Shown piece by piece: positions 30,800 to 41,969 of a stretch of DNA of 64,000 nt. Made by a program: the position numbers and the translations under genes. Position 1 is the first letter of the stretch; each line of letters starts with the position of its first letter. Source of the DNA: a virus. Where the stretch lies: positions 5,005-69,004 of the IMG/VR virus record IMGVR_UViG_3300009441_000008, one strand, 5' to 3'. Under the pieces are notes generated by a model that saw nothing but the letters and a program-made list of their open reading frames with translations, was not told the DNA's origin and did not search any database.

Positions 30800-32703
30800 T
30801 GAGTGGTAAGATCAAAAAATTACGGAACCAGATAAAGTCCAAAATTGAGGTAATTAAAAAAATCAACGACACACCAGTAGATGGTGGTGAACTTTATGAT
30901 TTATACCTTGATGCGAAAGTAGACGATCTAAGTAAAAAATTCTCTTCTAAAAAAGATGCATTACTTGGTAAGTTCTCAAAAAAGAAAAAAGATAACCAAG
31001 GGGATATCTTTAGTTCTGTAATTGATATTGCATCTTCATTCTTAAATGATACAAATGCTAAAGTAGAATCCAACGATAAATTATCATCAAAAAATAAATT
31101 AAAAAAATACGCATTAGAATCTGCTGATATTACGGTGAAAGACTCTAAAAGAATCGTAAATGATGCAGTAAGAGAAGTGTTGTTTGTTAATACAGAAACA
31201 AGTATTTGTGGTGTTGAAACAGGGTTCCCAAGTGACACAATATCTATATCACCAAAAGAGTTTGATTTCTTAGAAGTCTTACAAGTTGATCCCTTAAGTG
31301 ATTTGGGTACGATTATGTACGAACAACCATCACCGTCAGTTGGTAAGGTTAAAATGAACCGAGATTTGTATGGTGCGTTTTCATCACCATATACATTTTC
31401 AGCGACAAATGGTAAGGATCTGTTTGATCTAAATTGGAATACGGCATCTCAAGAATACGATGTGTCGGGACTTAAACAAGGTTTGTCAGCACTTAAGGTG
31501 GGTGAATTTACTAAAGATTATTATTCGAGTATAGAAGGTCCAAATATGGACGACATTATAAGGAACACAATGCTTTTAACATTAAAGGGTGGTGGTGATA
31601 ATCCACCAATCGTAGACGAAGCCCTTAGTTTTCTAACTGAGTTGTGTGAAAAGTTATTTGGTTTGTGTGGGTCTCCTGATGAATCAAATCTTATACAAAC
31701 GACATCAAAAATGTTTAATGAGAACGATGTAGATGTGGAGTCTTATTTTGATTTTAATGATGTGGAAGGTATTGATGTTGATGATAGAGAAACTCGGCTT
31801 AGAAAAGTATTGAAGTTTGTGGATTGTGGTAATTTTGAAGTTCCTACATCAACTGAGAATTTTGAGGACTTTGTGTACTTATCGACGGAAACAAATAACC
31901 TAAGTGAGTTGTCCGATTCAATACTTGCAAATGCGGCGGCTAACGCAGCATTAAATTCGGGTAGTGATGTTCCACCCATACAATTTCAACTCGAGTTAAT
32001 TAGTGGTTTTATATTAAACCTACCTAAAGCGATTATAGGTAGTATTATATCTCCAAAATACATACTTCCAATTGTCCTTGCGTACAAGGCAGTTCAGAAC
32101 GTGACTTTGGATGATGTTAAAGACTTAATGAAGAAGTTATCCAAATTATTCTTTAAAATAATAAAGGATATTTTTTGGAGGTTTATACAAGAATTTTGGA
32201 AGTTAATCAAACGAGATCTATTATTGTTTGTTGCTGAGATTGCTGCAAAAATATTAGGTAAAAAATATAAGAGATTAATTGCAATCTTACTTTCAATTAT
32301 TTCTATTCTTAGAAAGATTTTAGCTAAGAATTTCGATAATTGTCTTGAGTTGTTCACTACCATAATACAAGCAATTACAAGTGCATTAAATCTTAGAGGA
32401 CCTTCGATTAATATCCCCGGTATAATTTTATCATTTTCTGATATCTTACCAGGGTATAGTACTGATAGGGCATATATGAATGCCGCTGAACGAATGGCCA
32501 AAGCGGGTTTAAATACCGGTGAAATCTATGGTGAAGCAAATGAACTGTTGGCATTTGGTAAAGCGCTCATTGATGGTAATTCTGAAGAGATTGATAATAA
32601 TTCATATATAAAGGCAGCAAGTAAATTTGTAGTAATACCGACACCCCTTGGTCCCGTACCATTACCGCCGGGTTACATAAGCGTAGCAGGAAAAATATTC
32701 TAA
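30799..32703 (+). CDS. Hypothetical structural protein with hydrophobic helices
   Basis: 634-aa ORF in the baseplate operon. Confidence 0.55.
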   Translation: MSGKIKKLRNQIKSKIEVIKKINDTPVDGGELYDLYLDAKVDDLSKKFSSKKDALLGKFSKKKKDNQGDIFSSVIDIASSFLNDTNAKVESNDKLSSKNKLKKYALESADITVKDSKRIVNDAVREVLFVNTETSICGVETGFPSDTISISPKEFDFLEVLQVDPLSDLGTIMYEQPSPSVGKVKMNRDLYGAFSSPYTFSATNGKDLFDLNWNTASQEYDVSGLKQGLSALKVGEFTKDYYSSIEGPNMDDIIRNTMLLTLKGGGDNPPIVDEALSFLTELCEKLFGLCGSPDESNLIQTTSKMFNENDVDVESYFDFNDVEGIDVDDRETRLRKVLKFVDCGNFEVPTSTENFEDFVYLSTETNNLSELSDSILANAAANAALNSGSDVPPIQFQLELISGFILNLPKAIIGSIISPKYILPIVLAYKAVQNVTLDDVKDLMKKLSKLFFKIIKDIFWRFIQEFWKLIKRDLLLFVAEIAAKILGKKYKRLIAILLSIISILRKILAKNFDNCLELFTTIIQAITSALNLRGPSINIPGIILSFSDILPGYSTDRAYMNAAERMAKAGLNTGEIYGEANELLAFGKALIDGNSEEIDNNSYIKAASKFVVIPTPLGPVPLPPGYISVAGKIF

Positions 32704-32906
32704 TGGATAAAGAAAAATTAGTAGAAATAGTATCAAGTCCCGATGTTAAATCTAATAAAGATTTAAATGAATGTTTGGAAATTTTAAATGATGAGTTTGA
32801 AAAAACTAAAACATTAATATTATCTCTTACAAAACATTTAGATGCGGTAGAAGAAGCATATGATAAAATCAATAATGAATTAAACGAAAGATTTAAAACA
32901 ATATGA
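32703..32906 (+). CDS. Small coiled-coil hypothetical protein
   Basis: ORF overlaps both neighbours. Confidence 0.55.
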   Translation: MDKEKLVEIVSSPDVKSNKDLNECLEILNDEFEKTKTLILSLTKHLDAVEEAYDKINNELNERFKTI

Positions 32907-34423
32907 AGTTAGTAAATTTAGGTATTGTTACGGATAATATAGATCCAAAAGGTATTGGTCGTGTTAGGTATAAAGTATTAGGTAATCAAACCTCACCATC
33001 ACAAGGTGCCGCTGCGTTTGAAGAGTGGGAACCACTTGATCCTTTTTGTGCCTCACCATTCCTACCAAACAATCTAAATTTCATACCAACTGTAGGTCAA
33101 ACAATTAAAATAGTACAATACGACCTTGAGAATGATTTAATGAACCAAGAATATATACCTGGTCCATTTACAACTATACACGATTGGAATTCACAGAGTA
33201 ATTCAGGACAACTTGAAAACACATCATTTGGTGTTGCAGTAAAACAAACGGGTAATATCTTTAATGGGAATGGTACGTATGTAAAATCTAATGCTAAAAA
33301 TTCGTTAGCTAAACATGAGGATTCCGCAATTTACGGTAAGTACGGTTCGGACGTTTTATTTACTGAGAACGGAGTTAGTTTAAGGGGTGGTAAACTACTA
33401 TCAAAAGATTCTGCAAATGCAAGGGAAAGGTCTGACTTAATAACACACCCATTAAGAGGTAAAAAACAAGCAACCTTAAGTCTTAAAAAATTCTCTTCTA
33501 AACAAGAGTTTAAAGAAGAAAAAGAAATTGTAGTTAGTATACCAACAAACAAACTTAACTACGTTATTGAATATGATCTTGATGATGTTACTAATCCAAC
33601 TAAAGTTAGTTGGTATATATATCACGTTAGAGAAGTATTTGGTGACGCATTTGCGACTAATGTGTTTACATCATCACACACACCCGATTTGACAAGTATT
33701 GAAAGTGTGACTTTAATAAATGAAGATAACACAACAACAACACCAACTTTCGTACAAACAGTTGATTCTAAGAAAGGTGCATATATCAAAATACGTAAGA
33801 CACTTTGTGATCTTCACGATGATGGATTAAAGATTAAGGATATTAAGATAAGTACAGATAGGTCAAAATATATCCATCCGTTTTATTTTCGTCCACGTCA
33901 ATCATTGGTAAGTTTAATTAGGTGGATGCCACCGTCTGATAGTGATTTTTTAGATAATATTAAACCATCATGTAACACGTCAGTATCTGAAGGTTCTGGT
34001 TTGTTTTGGAGTATTTCCGAACCATCACCAAAACCAAAAAGTGAGGAAAAGAAAATAACGGTTTTAAAAACTATTAGTTCAAGTGCAGAACAATCATTTG
34101 GTACTCTTGTTTCTGATAAAATCTACCTACTATCGACAGACGCAAACGAGGTGGGAAGTAAAACAGTTCCTTTCGATAAGTTAGACACCTATGAATACAC
34201 TCAAGAAGATCTTTTAACACGTATAGAACCTAACACATATGCAACGGTGCGTGGTGAAACTCTATTAGCGTTTTTAGATCAATTATATGTTGTTATGGCT
34301 GGTCACGCACACCAACCAACGAAACCAATGGTAAAAGATGCGTACGGTGATTGGAAAAAATTAGAAGTTTTACGAAATACTTTGAAAAATGACATACTAA
34401 ATAAGTCGATAAGAATAAACTAA
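32903..34423 (+). CDS. Baseplate hub/spike protein (gp5/VgrG-like OB fold)
   Basis: G.V.DNIDPKGIGRVR and P.VGQ at the N-terminus; VRGE.L...L...HAH at the C-terminus. Confidence 0.7.
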   Translation: MKLVNLGIVTDNIDPKGIGRVRYKVLGNQTSPSQGAAAFEEWEPLDPFCASPFLPNNLNFIPTVGQTIKIVQYDLENDLMNQEYIPGPFTTIHDWNSQSNSGQLENTSFGVAVKQTGNIFNGNGTYVKSNAKNSLAKHEDSAIYGKYGSDVLFTENGVSLRGGKLLSKDSANARERSDLITHPLRGKKQATLSLKKFSSKQEFKEEKEIVVSIPTNKLNYVIEYDLDDVTNPTKVSWYIYHVREVFGDAFATNVFTSSHTPDLTSIESVTLINEDNTTTTPTFVQTVDSKKGAYIKIRKTLCDLHDDGLKIKDIKISTDRSKYIHPFYFRPRQSLVSLIRWMPPSDSDFLDNIKPSCNTSVSEGSGLFWSISEPSPKPKSEEKKITVLKTISSSAEQSFGTLVSDKIYLLSTDANEVGSKTVPFDKLDTYEYTQEDLLTRIEPNTYATVRGETLLAFLDQLYVVMAGHAHQPTKPMVKDAYGDWKKLEVLRNTLKNDILNKSIRIN

Positions 34424-34453
34424 CAGATATTTATATAAGAAATACTTATAGAG

Positions 34454-35827
34454 ATGTCATACTATCGTTCATATTTTGAGAAAAACAACACAGTAATTAA
34501 GAACAGTCAGACTAACACTGCAAAGAATCCAACAACTGAGATTTTTTATGGTTCAGGGTTTTCTAAGTTCATTTTTAAAGTTGATTTCACCTCCCTTACA
34601 GAAAGAGTTGTTGGTGGTGATTACGTTATAGATAATAACTCAACACATAAACTACATCTTACAAATACCATTTTTGGTGACGAAACTTTCTTAGGTGCTA
34701 AAAGAGGCACTGGTAGAGAAAGAACAACGTCATTCTCATTAATTATTTTTAAACTAACAGAATCATGGGATGAGGGTGTTGGTTTTGATTATGAAGACTC
34801 AGAGTATGATTATACCACAGGTAATGACACTTACGATAAACGACCATCAAACTGGTTTAATCGAACAACCGCCGATACGTGGTCACAAGAAGGAATATAT
34901 TCAAATAATCCTACAATAATTGATACTATTACGTTTGACAATGGTGATGAGAATCTCGTTGCCGATATAACCGAATATGTTAATGGTATTATTGTTAGTG
35001 GTGATACGGATTATGGTATTGGTATTGCGTTTGCTACTGAGTATGAAGATTTAACTCAAGAAGTTGATCAATCCGTTGCGTTCTTCAGTAAATACACACA
35101 GACATTCTTCGAACCTTATGTTGAGACTTATTTTGATGATAGGATTCTTGACGATAGAGATAACTTCATTGAAAAGACAAATCAAAATCTTTATTTATAC
35201 GTAAATAAGGAAACCAATTTCTTTGACTTAGATAACGTACCAACAGTTGATATATTAGATTCTACAAAATCATCCATCTCAGGATTGACAGGTTTAACCG
35301 CTAAGAAAGTCAGAAAAGGAGTTTACGTTGTAACCTTCGGAATTGACGGATTAGTTTGTGATGGTAAAAGATTCTTCTATGATGTTTGGAAAGGGATCGG
35401 TGTTGAAAACAATGTATTTCCTGATATTACACAAAAGTTTGTACCTAAACCATATTCTTCTAAATTCAGTTTAGGTGAAAATCAAACAGAGGTGAATAAG
35501 TACGTTGTACAATATTCAGGTATTAAACAAAATGAAAAAATACAGTCGGGAGATGTAAGAAAGGTTAGTATAATATTTAGAACAATATCACAATCAACAA
35601 ATATTCTTTTTGATGAAGTGTTCTACAAAATATACATAAAAGAAGGTCGTACAAATGTCAACGTATTTGATTGGACCTACGCTGACGTTACAAATGAAAA
35701 TAGTTTTATGTTAAATACATCTGTCTTAATACCAAGAGAATATTACTTGGAAATAAGAGGTGTGAAACATAACGAAGAAATTACATACCCAAATGTAATA
35801 AAATTTGAAATTATCTCAGAAAAATAA
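34454..35827 (+). CDS. Virion structural protein (baseplate/tail-associated)
   Basis: WDEG.G.DY, SNW, DIT.YV and FFS..T.T.FEP motifs; late motif upstream. Confidence 0.55.
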   Translation: MSYYRSYFEKNNTVIKNSQTNTAKNPTTEIFYGSGFSKFIFKVDFTSLTERVVGGDYVIDNNSTHKLHLTNTIFGDETFLGAKRGTGRERTTSFSLIIFKLTESWDEGVGFDYEDSEYDYTTGNDTYDKRPSNWFNRTTADTWSQEGIYSNNPTIIDTITFDNGDENLVADITEYVNGIIVSGDTDYGIGIAFATEYEDLTQEVDQSVAFFSKYTQTFFEPYVETYFDDRILDDRDNFIEKTNQNLYLYVNKETNFFDLDNVPTVDILDSTKSSISGLTGLTAKKVRKGVYVVTFGIDGLVCDGKRFFYDVWKGIGVENNVFPDITQKFVPKPYSSKFSLGENQTEVNKYVVQYSGIKQNEKIQSGDVRKVSIIFRTISQSTNILFDEVFYKIYIKEGRTNVNVFDWTYADVTNENSFMLNTSVLIPREYYLEIRGVKHNEEITYPNVIKFEIISEK

Positions 35828-35838
35828 TACTTATTAAT

Positions 35839-36198
35839 ATGGACTTAAGACAAATCATTAAAAAAGAACTTAGTATTCTAAAAGAGAACAATCCAAAATC
35901 GGGAAATTACATGTTCTTCTCTAATCTACAACAGATTCACAGACAATGTGAAATTCTATTAAAGATGGATCAGTCAATGATTGATAATACATTATCAAAT
36001 GGTCATGATTGGGCTGATGATCACGTTTCAGTTGCAAAAGAAAATATGGACCAAGTCCTTGACTTCTTTATGAACGACAAAGAAGGTGAAATTGCGGAAG
36101 ATGAAGATCCATGTTGGGATACACATAAAGTGGGTTCACCCAAAACAAAGATTTCTTACAACACAGGTAAAAGAGTAAATAATTGTGTGGAAAAGTAA
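35839..36198 (+). CDS. Hypothetical protein, probable internal head protein
   Basis: MDLRQIIKKELSILKE leader; PCW...VNNCV tail. Confidence 0.55.
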   Translation: MDLRQIIKKELSILKENNPKSGNYMFFSNLQQIHRQCEILLKMDQSMIDNTLSNGHDWADDHVSVAKENMDQVLDFFMNDKEGEIAEDEDPCWDTHKVGSPKTKISYNTGKRVNNCVEK

Positions 36199-36845
36199 TG
36201 ATCAACGAAGACAAAATAGTTGGTTTAGTTATCAATAACCTTTTGGTTAATGATATTCATTTAAATGCACCTAAATTAAAGTCTTTATCCGAATCAAATC
36301 AAATAAATTTAAGTGAGGGTCTTAAACACCACTTAGACAACAACATTCCGATCACAGAAAACATCTATAGGGTCTATTCTAACGAATTCTTTGGTATATA
36401 CAATGAATCACGTCAGTTATATAATGAAGGTGTCTTAGAAGTCACCGGTGTGGATTTAGATCTAATAAAAACAGATTTAGGTCAAATAGGAATATTTGAA
36501 GGTGAAGAAGTGTACTTAGACATTCCATTCTTGGATAATGTTGAGGAATATCTTGTGGAAGTTAAACATAGAGGAAAGAATGTTAAGTTAAACAAACCAT
36601 TCAGAACTCCAAGTGGACCTAAAAAATTCGCGGTATACGTGAAGACACCTAAAGGCACTATTAAGAAAGTAACGTTTGGTGACCCAAACATGAGAATAAG
36701 GAATAATGATAAAGCGGCCGCTAAATCTTTTAGGGCACGACATAAGTGTAGTGAAAAGAAAGATCGTACAAAGGCGGGTTATTGGAGTTGTAATATTACA
36801 AGATATCGTAAAGCATTAGGAATAAAATCTTCAAACCCATGGTAA
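36198..36845 (+). CDS. Conserved phage protein with basic C-terminal domain (DUF6321-like)
   Basis: KKFAVYVK...KKVTFGDP...FRARHKC...AGYWSC. Confidence 0.6.
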   Translation: MINEDKIVGLVINNLLVNDIHLNAPKLKSLSESNQINLSEGLKHHLDNNIPITENIYRVYSNEFFGIYNESRQLYNEGVLEVTGVDLDLIKTDLGQIGIFEGEEVYLDIPFLDNVEEYLVEVKHRGKNVKLNKPFRTPSGPKKFAVYVKTPKGTIKKVTFGDPNMRIRNNDKAAAKSFRARHKCSEKKDRTKAGYWSCNITRYRKALGIKSSNPW

Positions 36846-36846
36846 T

Positions 36847-37353
36847 ATGAAATTATACGACTTAGTGGAGGATTATAATGATCCACCAGAATATCCTGAC
36901 ACACATGAAGGTTTCGTTGATTCGGAATTAGATGATGTTACAAACCTTTTTAATCTTGTGGGTTACGACCCATATAAAGTTAGTAGAGGTAGAGAACCTG
37001 GTTTTGGTTGTGCAATTGTAGAACACAAAGAAACTAAAGAAAAATACGCCTTACATGAGGATGATATTGACACTGATTATTATGTAGATGATTTTGAGGA
37101 ATTAAGTGACCGTGATGAGGATGGTCAATATTCTTATAAAGAATCAACAGATAATTCTCGTTTAGAATCTGATAGTTTTACTATGTACTCAACTATCTGT
37201 TATATGGACGGTAAGATTGCAAGTACATTTGATGAATACACTGAGGGTGAAAAAATACTTAAGTTAAAACAAGGGGTCTATGGTCAATTAAAAAATGGAG
37301 ATTCCGATTTTTATAAGTCAATAATAAAAATTTTTTTAAATAAAACATCTTAA
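36847..37353 (+). CDS. Acidic hypothetical protein
   Basis: 168-aa ORF. Confidence 0.55.
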   Translation: MKLYDLVEDYNDPPEYPDTHEGFVDSELDDVTNLFNLVGYDPYKVSRGREPGFGCAIVEHKETKEKYALHEDDIDTDYYVDDFEELSDRDEDGQYSYKESTDNSRLESDSFTMYSTICYMDGKIASTFDEYTEGEKILKLKQGVYGQLKNGDSDFYKSIIKIFLNKTS

Positions 37354-37661
37354 TGAAAGACAAATTCCCATTTCGTGAAATCGTGAGCTCTGACCACAGT
37401 GTTAGGGTATTCCCACAAACAACTAAAAAGACTGAATTAAAATGGCACTTCGATAATGAAGATAGGGAAATAACGTTTTTACACGATAGTGATTGGAAAT
37501 TTCAAATGGATGATAAACTTCCCATTAATATACATGAAGGTCTAAAGGTATTTATACCTGAAGGTGAATATCATCGTATTATTAAGGGTACTGACGATTT
37601 AAAAGTCAGAGTTAAGAAACTTAATAAAACTCGACTACTACCCCACACTCAGAAAGCATAA
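37353..37661 (+). CDS. Small cupin-fold protein
   Basis: WH.D.EDR...W.FQ.D...FIPEGEYHRIIKG. Confidence 0.65.
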   Translation: MKDKFPFREIVSSDHSVRVFPQTTKKTELKWHFDNEDREITFLHDSDWKFQMDDKLPINIHEGLKVFIPEGEYHRIIKGTDDLKVRVKKLNKTRLLPHTQKA

Positions 37662-38061
37662 GTAAAGAACGTTTTTGTTGTTCTTCCCACTTTCCTTGAT
37701 TTTTAGTAGTACACACTTCTTTACATACTATTTTTACAACCCCCGATTGTACTAATCCTCTTGCACAATCCATACAGGGTAATCCTGAGGTTAGATATGC
37801 GGTAGATTCTTTTAAAGATACACCAATACGTGCCGCGTTGTAGATTGCATTCCTCTCAGAGTGTTCAAACCAAAAGTATTTCTCAGGTCGTTCTTGTCTC
37901 TCATCTAATTCGTCATTTAAACCACGAGGAAATGAATTATAACCTGTACTGAGGATCTCTTTATCCTTTCCGACTATAACTGTACCAATTTTGGTATTAA
38001 TGTCCTTAGACTTCTCCTTTACTTGTTCCGCGATATTAATAAAATAGTCTGTCCAATCCAT
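37621..38061 (-). CDS. dCMP deaminase
   Basis: TGYN, HSERNAI and PCMDC zinc motifs; start at MDW (38061). Confidence 0.9.
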   Translation of the reverse strand: MDWTDYFINIAEQVKEKSKDINTKIGTVIVGKDKEILSTGYNSFPRGLNDELDERQERPEKYFWFEHSERNAIYNAARIGVSLKESTAYLTSGLPCMDCARGLVQSGVVKIVCKEVCTTKNQGKWEEQQKRSLLMLSECGVVVEFY

Positions 38062-38088
38062 AGTTAGAATATACAGAAAATAAAGCAT

Positions 38089-38120
38089 AAAAAAAAGGGA
38101 AGACAATGTCTCCCCCTTTT
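38089..38120 (-). terminator. Intrinsic terminator after the major capsid gene
   Basis: GGGAAGACA/TGTCTCCC hairpin with an A run (U run on -). Confidence 0.7.
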
Positions 38121-38142
38121 AGTATTAATAAATCCGTAAAGA

Positions 38143-39861
38143 TTATCTTAAAGTATCCAAACTGAAAGTTTGTAAACCTGCTACGTTGATTACACCAAAG
38201 TAACGGTTATTAACCATCTTCTTAGCATATCTCGTCATGATACCCTTTATCGGAGTAAAGTTGAACGGGTTATACATTGTAGGTGTTAATTGTAAAGGTA
38301 CGTAAGGTGCGTAGATATATCCAGCATCTAATAACGATTTTCCTTTATGTCCTACTAAGATTTTCCCAGCTGGGAAATAAGGATCTCTAAACACTTGGTA
38401 ACGTCCAGCTAAAGTACCAACTTTTTCAATACCCATATTGTATTGATCTTGTTCAGCACCAGCGTTAGATACGTGGAAGTACTCTAAATCATCGAATACT
38501 GCAGAAACTTCTGAAGAAACTACGATCCAGTTAGCACCACCTCTAAGTGTTGTTTTATGGATTTGAGCCGATAATTGGTTAATTTTAGTAATTAACGTTT
38601 GGTTCCAATCCTTTTGAGTGTATCCTTGTAGTGTTGCGTTTCCGGCTCCACCATATTTCCACTCATTGTAATCCCATTTAAGGTTCCAAGCTGCTCCTTT
38701 TCTTAAGTCTCTTAAGATCTCTCTATCAACCTCAGCTGCAATTTGCTCAGATAACAATGCAGTTAACTCAGCCTCAGCGTCGATATTATGGAAAGCAGAT
38801 ACATCTTGTGCTAATTCTGGAGACCAGCTAGCTCTTAATTTTCTCTCCGTTACAGATACAGTAACTGACTCTAAATCGAAAGATACTTCTCCGATTTCGT
38901 CTTCGAATTCTAAAGATTCGTAAGTTCTGTATGATACAATGAACTCAGTGTTTTGAACTCCATCAGCACCGTTAGTGGCGTCATTATAAGGTACAAATCC
39001 TGTTGTTCCGTAACTTTCTAAATCAACTTGTACGAAAATAACTCCGTTTTCATCACAAATGTCATTAAATTTTCCTGTAAGTCCATCTGATTTTTTACCG
39101 TAATCAACAATACCACTTCCGTATTTCTGAGTTACAACGTTGATTCCTCTTGAAACATTATCAAAAGTTATTTCAAAAGATGCTAAAAATTCTTCAGTAT
39201 CCATAACGTTTCCTGTAGGTCCCGCTAATTTACCAGCTCCTGCATTTGTGAAACCTGAAACAGCAATTATTACGTTAGATACAGCTGTATCACCTGCAGC
39301 AATTACTTCAGCCGTAGTAGTTGGAACTCCGTCAGCGAATGTTATACCACCGATACATACTCCATTACCAGCAACAACTTTACCTTTAGAATAGTCAAAT
39401 AGACCTTCATCAGCTCCGTCACCTTCTTCGTAGAATCTATCATAAAGATTTCTTCCTGAGAAGTCTCCGTTTACATCTTGTCCTGGTGATTTGAATGGTG
39501 CTCTGTGAGCTCCTCCAGCATCTCTGTCGGAAATGTTAGGTACGAAGTAGAACAATTTACCAATTGGTAAGTTCATAGCTTGTACAGAAACGATATCGTT
39601 AGCCAATAACTTAGAGAATACTCTACGTATAATTGGAAAAACAACTGTTTCGAATGAACCTGATGCATCTGATACAGCAGCTTCGTTTATTAAATAAGAC
39701 GCTTGGTTTTCATATAACTGTGCGATATTATCTTTTTGGTGACCTTCAAGACTTTCTAAAAATCCTAAGTCATCCCATTTTTTGATGGTATCTTCCTTGA
39801 TAACTCTTAGGTGTTTTAACCCAATGTTACCAACCATACCTGATTCTAATAATGCTCCCAT
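38143..39861 (-). CDS. Major capsid protein (gp23-like)
   Basis: FPIIRRVF, VSVQAM..P.G, RKLRA.WS.ELAQD, EAELT, YAPYVPL, TRYA. Confidence 0.97.
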   Translation of the reverse strand: MGALLESGMVGNIGLKHLRVIKEDTIKKWDDLGFLESLEGHQKDNIAQLYENQASYLINEAAVSDASGSFETVVFPIIRRVFSKLLANDIVSVQAMNLPIGKLFYFVPNISDRDAGGAHRAPFKSPGQDVNGDFSGRNLYDRFYEEGDGADEGLFDYSKGKVVAGNGVCIGGITFADGVPTTTAEVIAAGDTAVSNVIIAVSGFTNAGAGKLAGPTGNVMDTEEFLASFEITFDNVSRGINVVTQKYGSGIVDYGKKSDGLTGKFNDICDENGVIFVQVDLESYGTTGFVPYNDATNGADGVQNTEFIVSYRTYESLEFEDEIGEVSFDLESVTVSVTERKLRASWSPELAQDVSAFHNIDAEAELTALLSEQIAAEVDREILRDLRKGAAWNLKWDYNEWKYGGAGNATLQGYTQKDWNQTLITKINQLSAQIHKTTLRGGANWIVVSSEVSAVFDDLEYFHVSNAGAEQDQYNMGIEKVGTLAGRYQVFRDPYFPAGKILVGHKGKSLLDAGYIYAPYVPLQLTPTMYNPFNFTPIKGIMTRYAKKMVNNRYFGVINVAGLQTFSLDTLR

Positions 39862-39889
39862 TTTAAAATTTGTTTTTTTGTTTAATTTA

Positions 39890-41161
39890 TTATTTTATTT
39901 TTGACATTAATTCTTTCATTCTCGAGAATTGTGGACTTTCATATGCTTTTGACTCTGAAAGTACATCTTGAGATGAAGATGTTGTCGGATTATTTGAAGT
40001 GATCTTGTTTACCACTGATTCTGTTACGTTCTTAGACGAGTCTAATTCACCCTTAATTGTTTTATAGGTTGATTTAGATTCTGTTAAAGTTCCAACAGTA
40101 TCGAATCTCTTCAAAATATTTAATTTCTCATTACGAGTAGTTGAATGTTCAGTGAACAATCTTGTTGAATATGCTAAATTAGCATTAAACACAGCCACCT
40201 CATTAAGTTTGTCTTTGAATAGAACTAACGCCTTTTTATATTCGCCGTTTTGTTTTCTCAAAGTCTTAACTTCTTCGTTGATTGATTTTGAACCAGATTT
40301 GTATTTTGTCTTAGACTTAATACCCGCTCTAACCCCACCATGTGGATTAGATTTTGTTCTTGCCGCTTCGTCAACTTCTCCTTCTTGAGTGTCTTCCTCA
40401 GGAACCTCTAACTCAATTTCTTCCTCTTCAGAAAGGTCTTCGTCAGAAACTTCTTCAGAAACTTCTTCATCAGCAACTTCGTCATCACTTTCATCTAAGT
40501 CAATTTCATATACAACGTTGTCTTCTTCAGAATCATCTTCTTTGATTTCAGAATCATCACACCCTTCGGTACAATCTTCTTCTTCAGCAAGATCTTCATC
40601 AGCAACTTCGTCAGATACTTCATCTTCTAATTTGATAATGTATTCGTCGTCACCATCTTCAAGCTCAACGTTATCACCGTCTCTCTTAACTACTATTCCA
40701 TCCTCAGGTTTCATTGATTTGAATACCTTAAGAACTTCTTCGTCAGATGCGTCGGTCATATCAAGAACGTCTTGATCATCTTCTTCAGAATCAATTGCAT
40801 CAAACACATCATCCACGTCAGAATCTAATTCATCCTCTGTGTCTAATTCGTCATCTACAACTTCATCCTCTAAATCAGGATCTTCGTCGTCCGCTGGCTC
40901 GTCGTTTATCGAAGTTTCGTCATCGTTTTCCTCATCTTCACTGTCAAATTGTTCTGCAGCTACTTCAGGTATACCTTGTTCGTCTTCTTTATTAAGACTC
41001 AGATCTTCATCTGACTCTTCTTCTTCCATTGATTCTTTTAGCAATTCGTTTAGTTCTTCCTTCATGGTTGAAGCAAGTATACCTTTTGCGTTCGCTTTAA
41101 CTGCCTCTTCAAGATCTTGTACTTGAAGCAATGCTTGTTCTAAAATGGATTTTTTACTCAT
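39890..41161 (-). CDS. Prohead core scaffold protein (gp22-like)
   Basis: Highly acidic; LNEVAVFNANLAY; located between protease and MCP. Confidence 0.8.
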   Translation of the reverse strand: MSKKSILEQALLQVQDLEEAVKANAKGILASTMKEELNELLKESMEEEESDEDLSLNKEDEQGIPEVAAEQFDSEDEENDDETSINDEPADDEDPDLEDEVVDDELDTEDELDSDVDDVFDAIDSEEDDQDVLDMTDASDEEVLKVFKSMKPEDGIVVKRDGDNVELEDGDDEYIIKLEDEVSDEVADEDLAEEEDCTEGCDDSEIKEDDSEEDNVVYEIDLDESDDEVADEEVSEEVSDEDLSEEEEIELEVPEEDTQEGEVDEAARTKSNPHGGVRAGIKSKTKYKSGSKSINEEVKTLRKQNGEYKKALVLFKDKLNEVAVFNANLAYSTRLFTEHSTTRNEKLNILKRFDTVGTLTESKSTYKTIKGELDSSKNVTESVVNKITSNNPTTSSSQDVLSESKAYESPQFSRMKELMSKIK

Positions 41162-41244
41162 TTGTTGTTTTTTTATTTATTAATAAATACTTGTTATTTA
41201 AGAAAAAATTACTTTTATGGTGTTCTGATCAATAATAAATTGAA

Positions 41245-41928
41245 TTATTTATTTAAAAATGTATCCATCTTACCCATTAATCTCGACATTCTATCATCTA
41301 CTATTGGTTTTTCCTCTATACTCTCGGCGTATTTTTCTCTATCTGAAGGATCGTTAAACACATAAGCACCAGGTGTTGATGGTGATGACACTAAGTCAAA
41401 ACACACCAATTCGAAATCTTCCTGTACTATATTCTGTCCTCTTTCTGATTTTAATGACCCAACACCTCTTGAAGATATTCCCAATGTCACTCCATTCATA
41501 AGTAACATTGCGGCTTGGTCACCTTTAGTACTTACAATACCTGATTTTTTCCATCCAGGTGAAAGAAGTAATTTAATTTTTCCCATAAGTATCTTACCGT
41601 CCCACCAAGTCTCGGTGATCGTGTGTGATACTCTATCTAAATCTATAAGTGAAGATGATGGGTGGTTTAGTTCGTTTAACGCACTCCCTTTGTCAATAAC
41701 ATCCTTATACTTTTCCATTTCTCGTTTGAGAAGTTTCTCAGGATATATTCTACCGTTTTTATTTGGAGTGTCGTATTTCTGTAGAACAGCAAAAAGGATA
41801 ATGTCTTCTGAGAAGTCCACACCCTTCATTTCTGTTATTACTGTTTTATTTTCATCAGGAGACACGAAACCCGCATCATATTCGATGAGAATTCCCCTAC
41901 CTGTTTCTTTTGGACCTAATACTTTCAT
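41245..41928 (-). CDS. Prohead protease (gp21-like)
   Basis: NKNGRIYP, ELNHP, VSH, GISSRGVGS, FDLVSSPSTPGA. Confidence 0.95.
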   Translation of the reverse strand: MKVLGPKETGRGILIEYDAGFVSPDENKTVITEMKGVDFSEDIILFAVLQKYDTPNKNGRIYPEKLLKREMEKYKDVIDKGSALNELNHPSSSLIDLDRVSHTITETWWDGKILMGKIKLLLSPGWKKSGIVSTKGDQAAMLLMNGVTLGISSRGVGSLKSERGQNIVQEDFELVCFDLVSSPSTPGAYVFNDPSDREKYAESIEEKPIVDDRMSRLMGKMDTFLNK

Positions 41929-41969
41929 GTATGAATAGTTTTATTACTATAAATACATCGGTATCGAAG

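Noticed and set aside
40152-41126. Ser-rich plus-strand ORFs (also 49584-50511 and the Gly/Val-rich ORF at 15711-15989)
   Set aside because: Antisense frames of acidic or Pro/Thr-rich real genes
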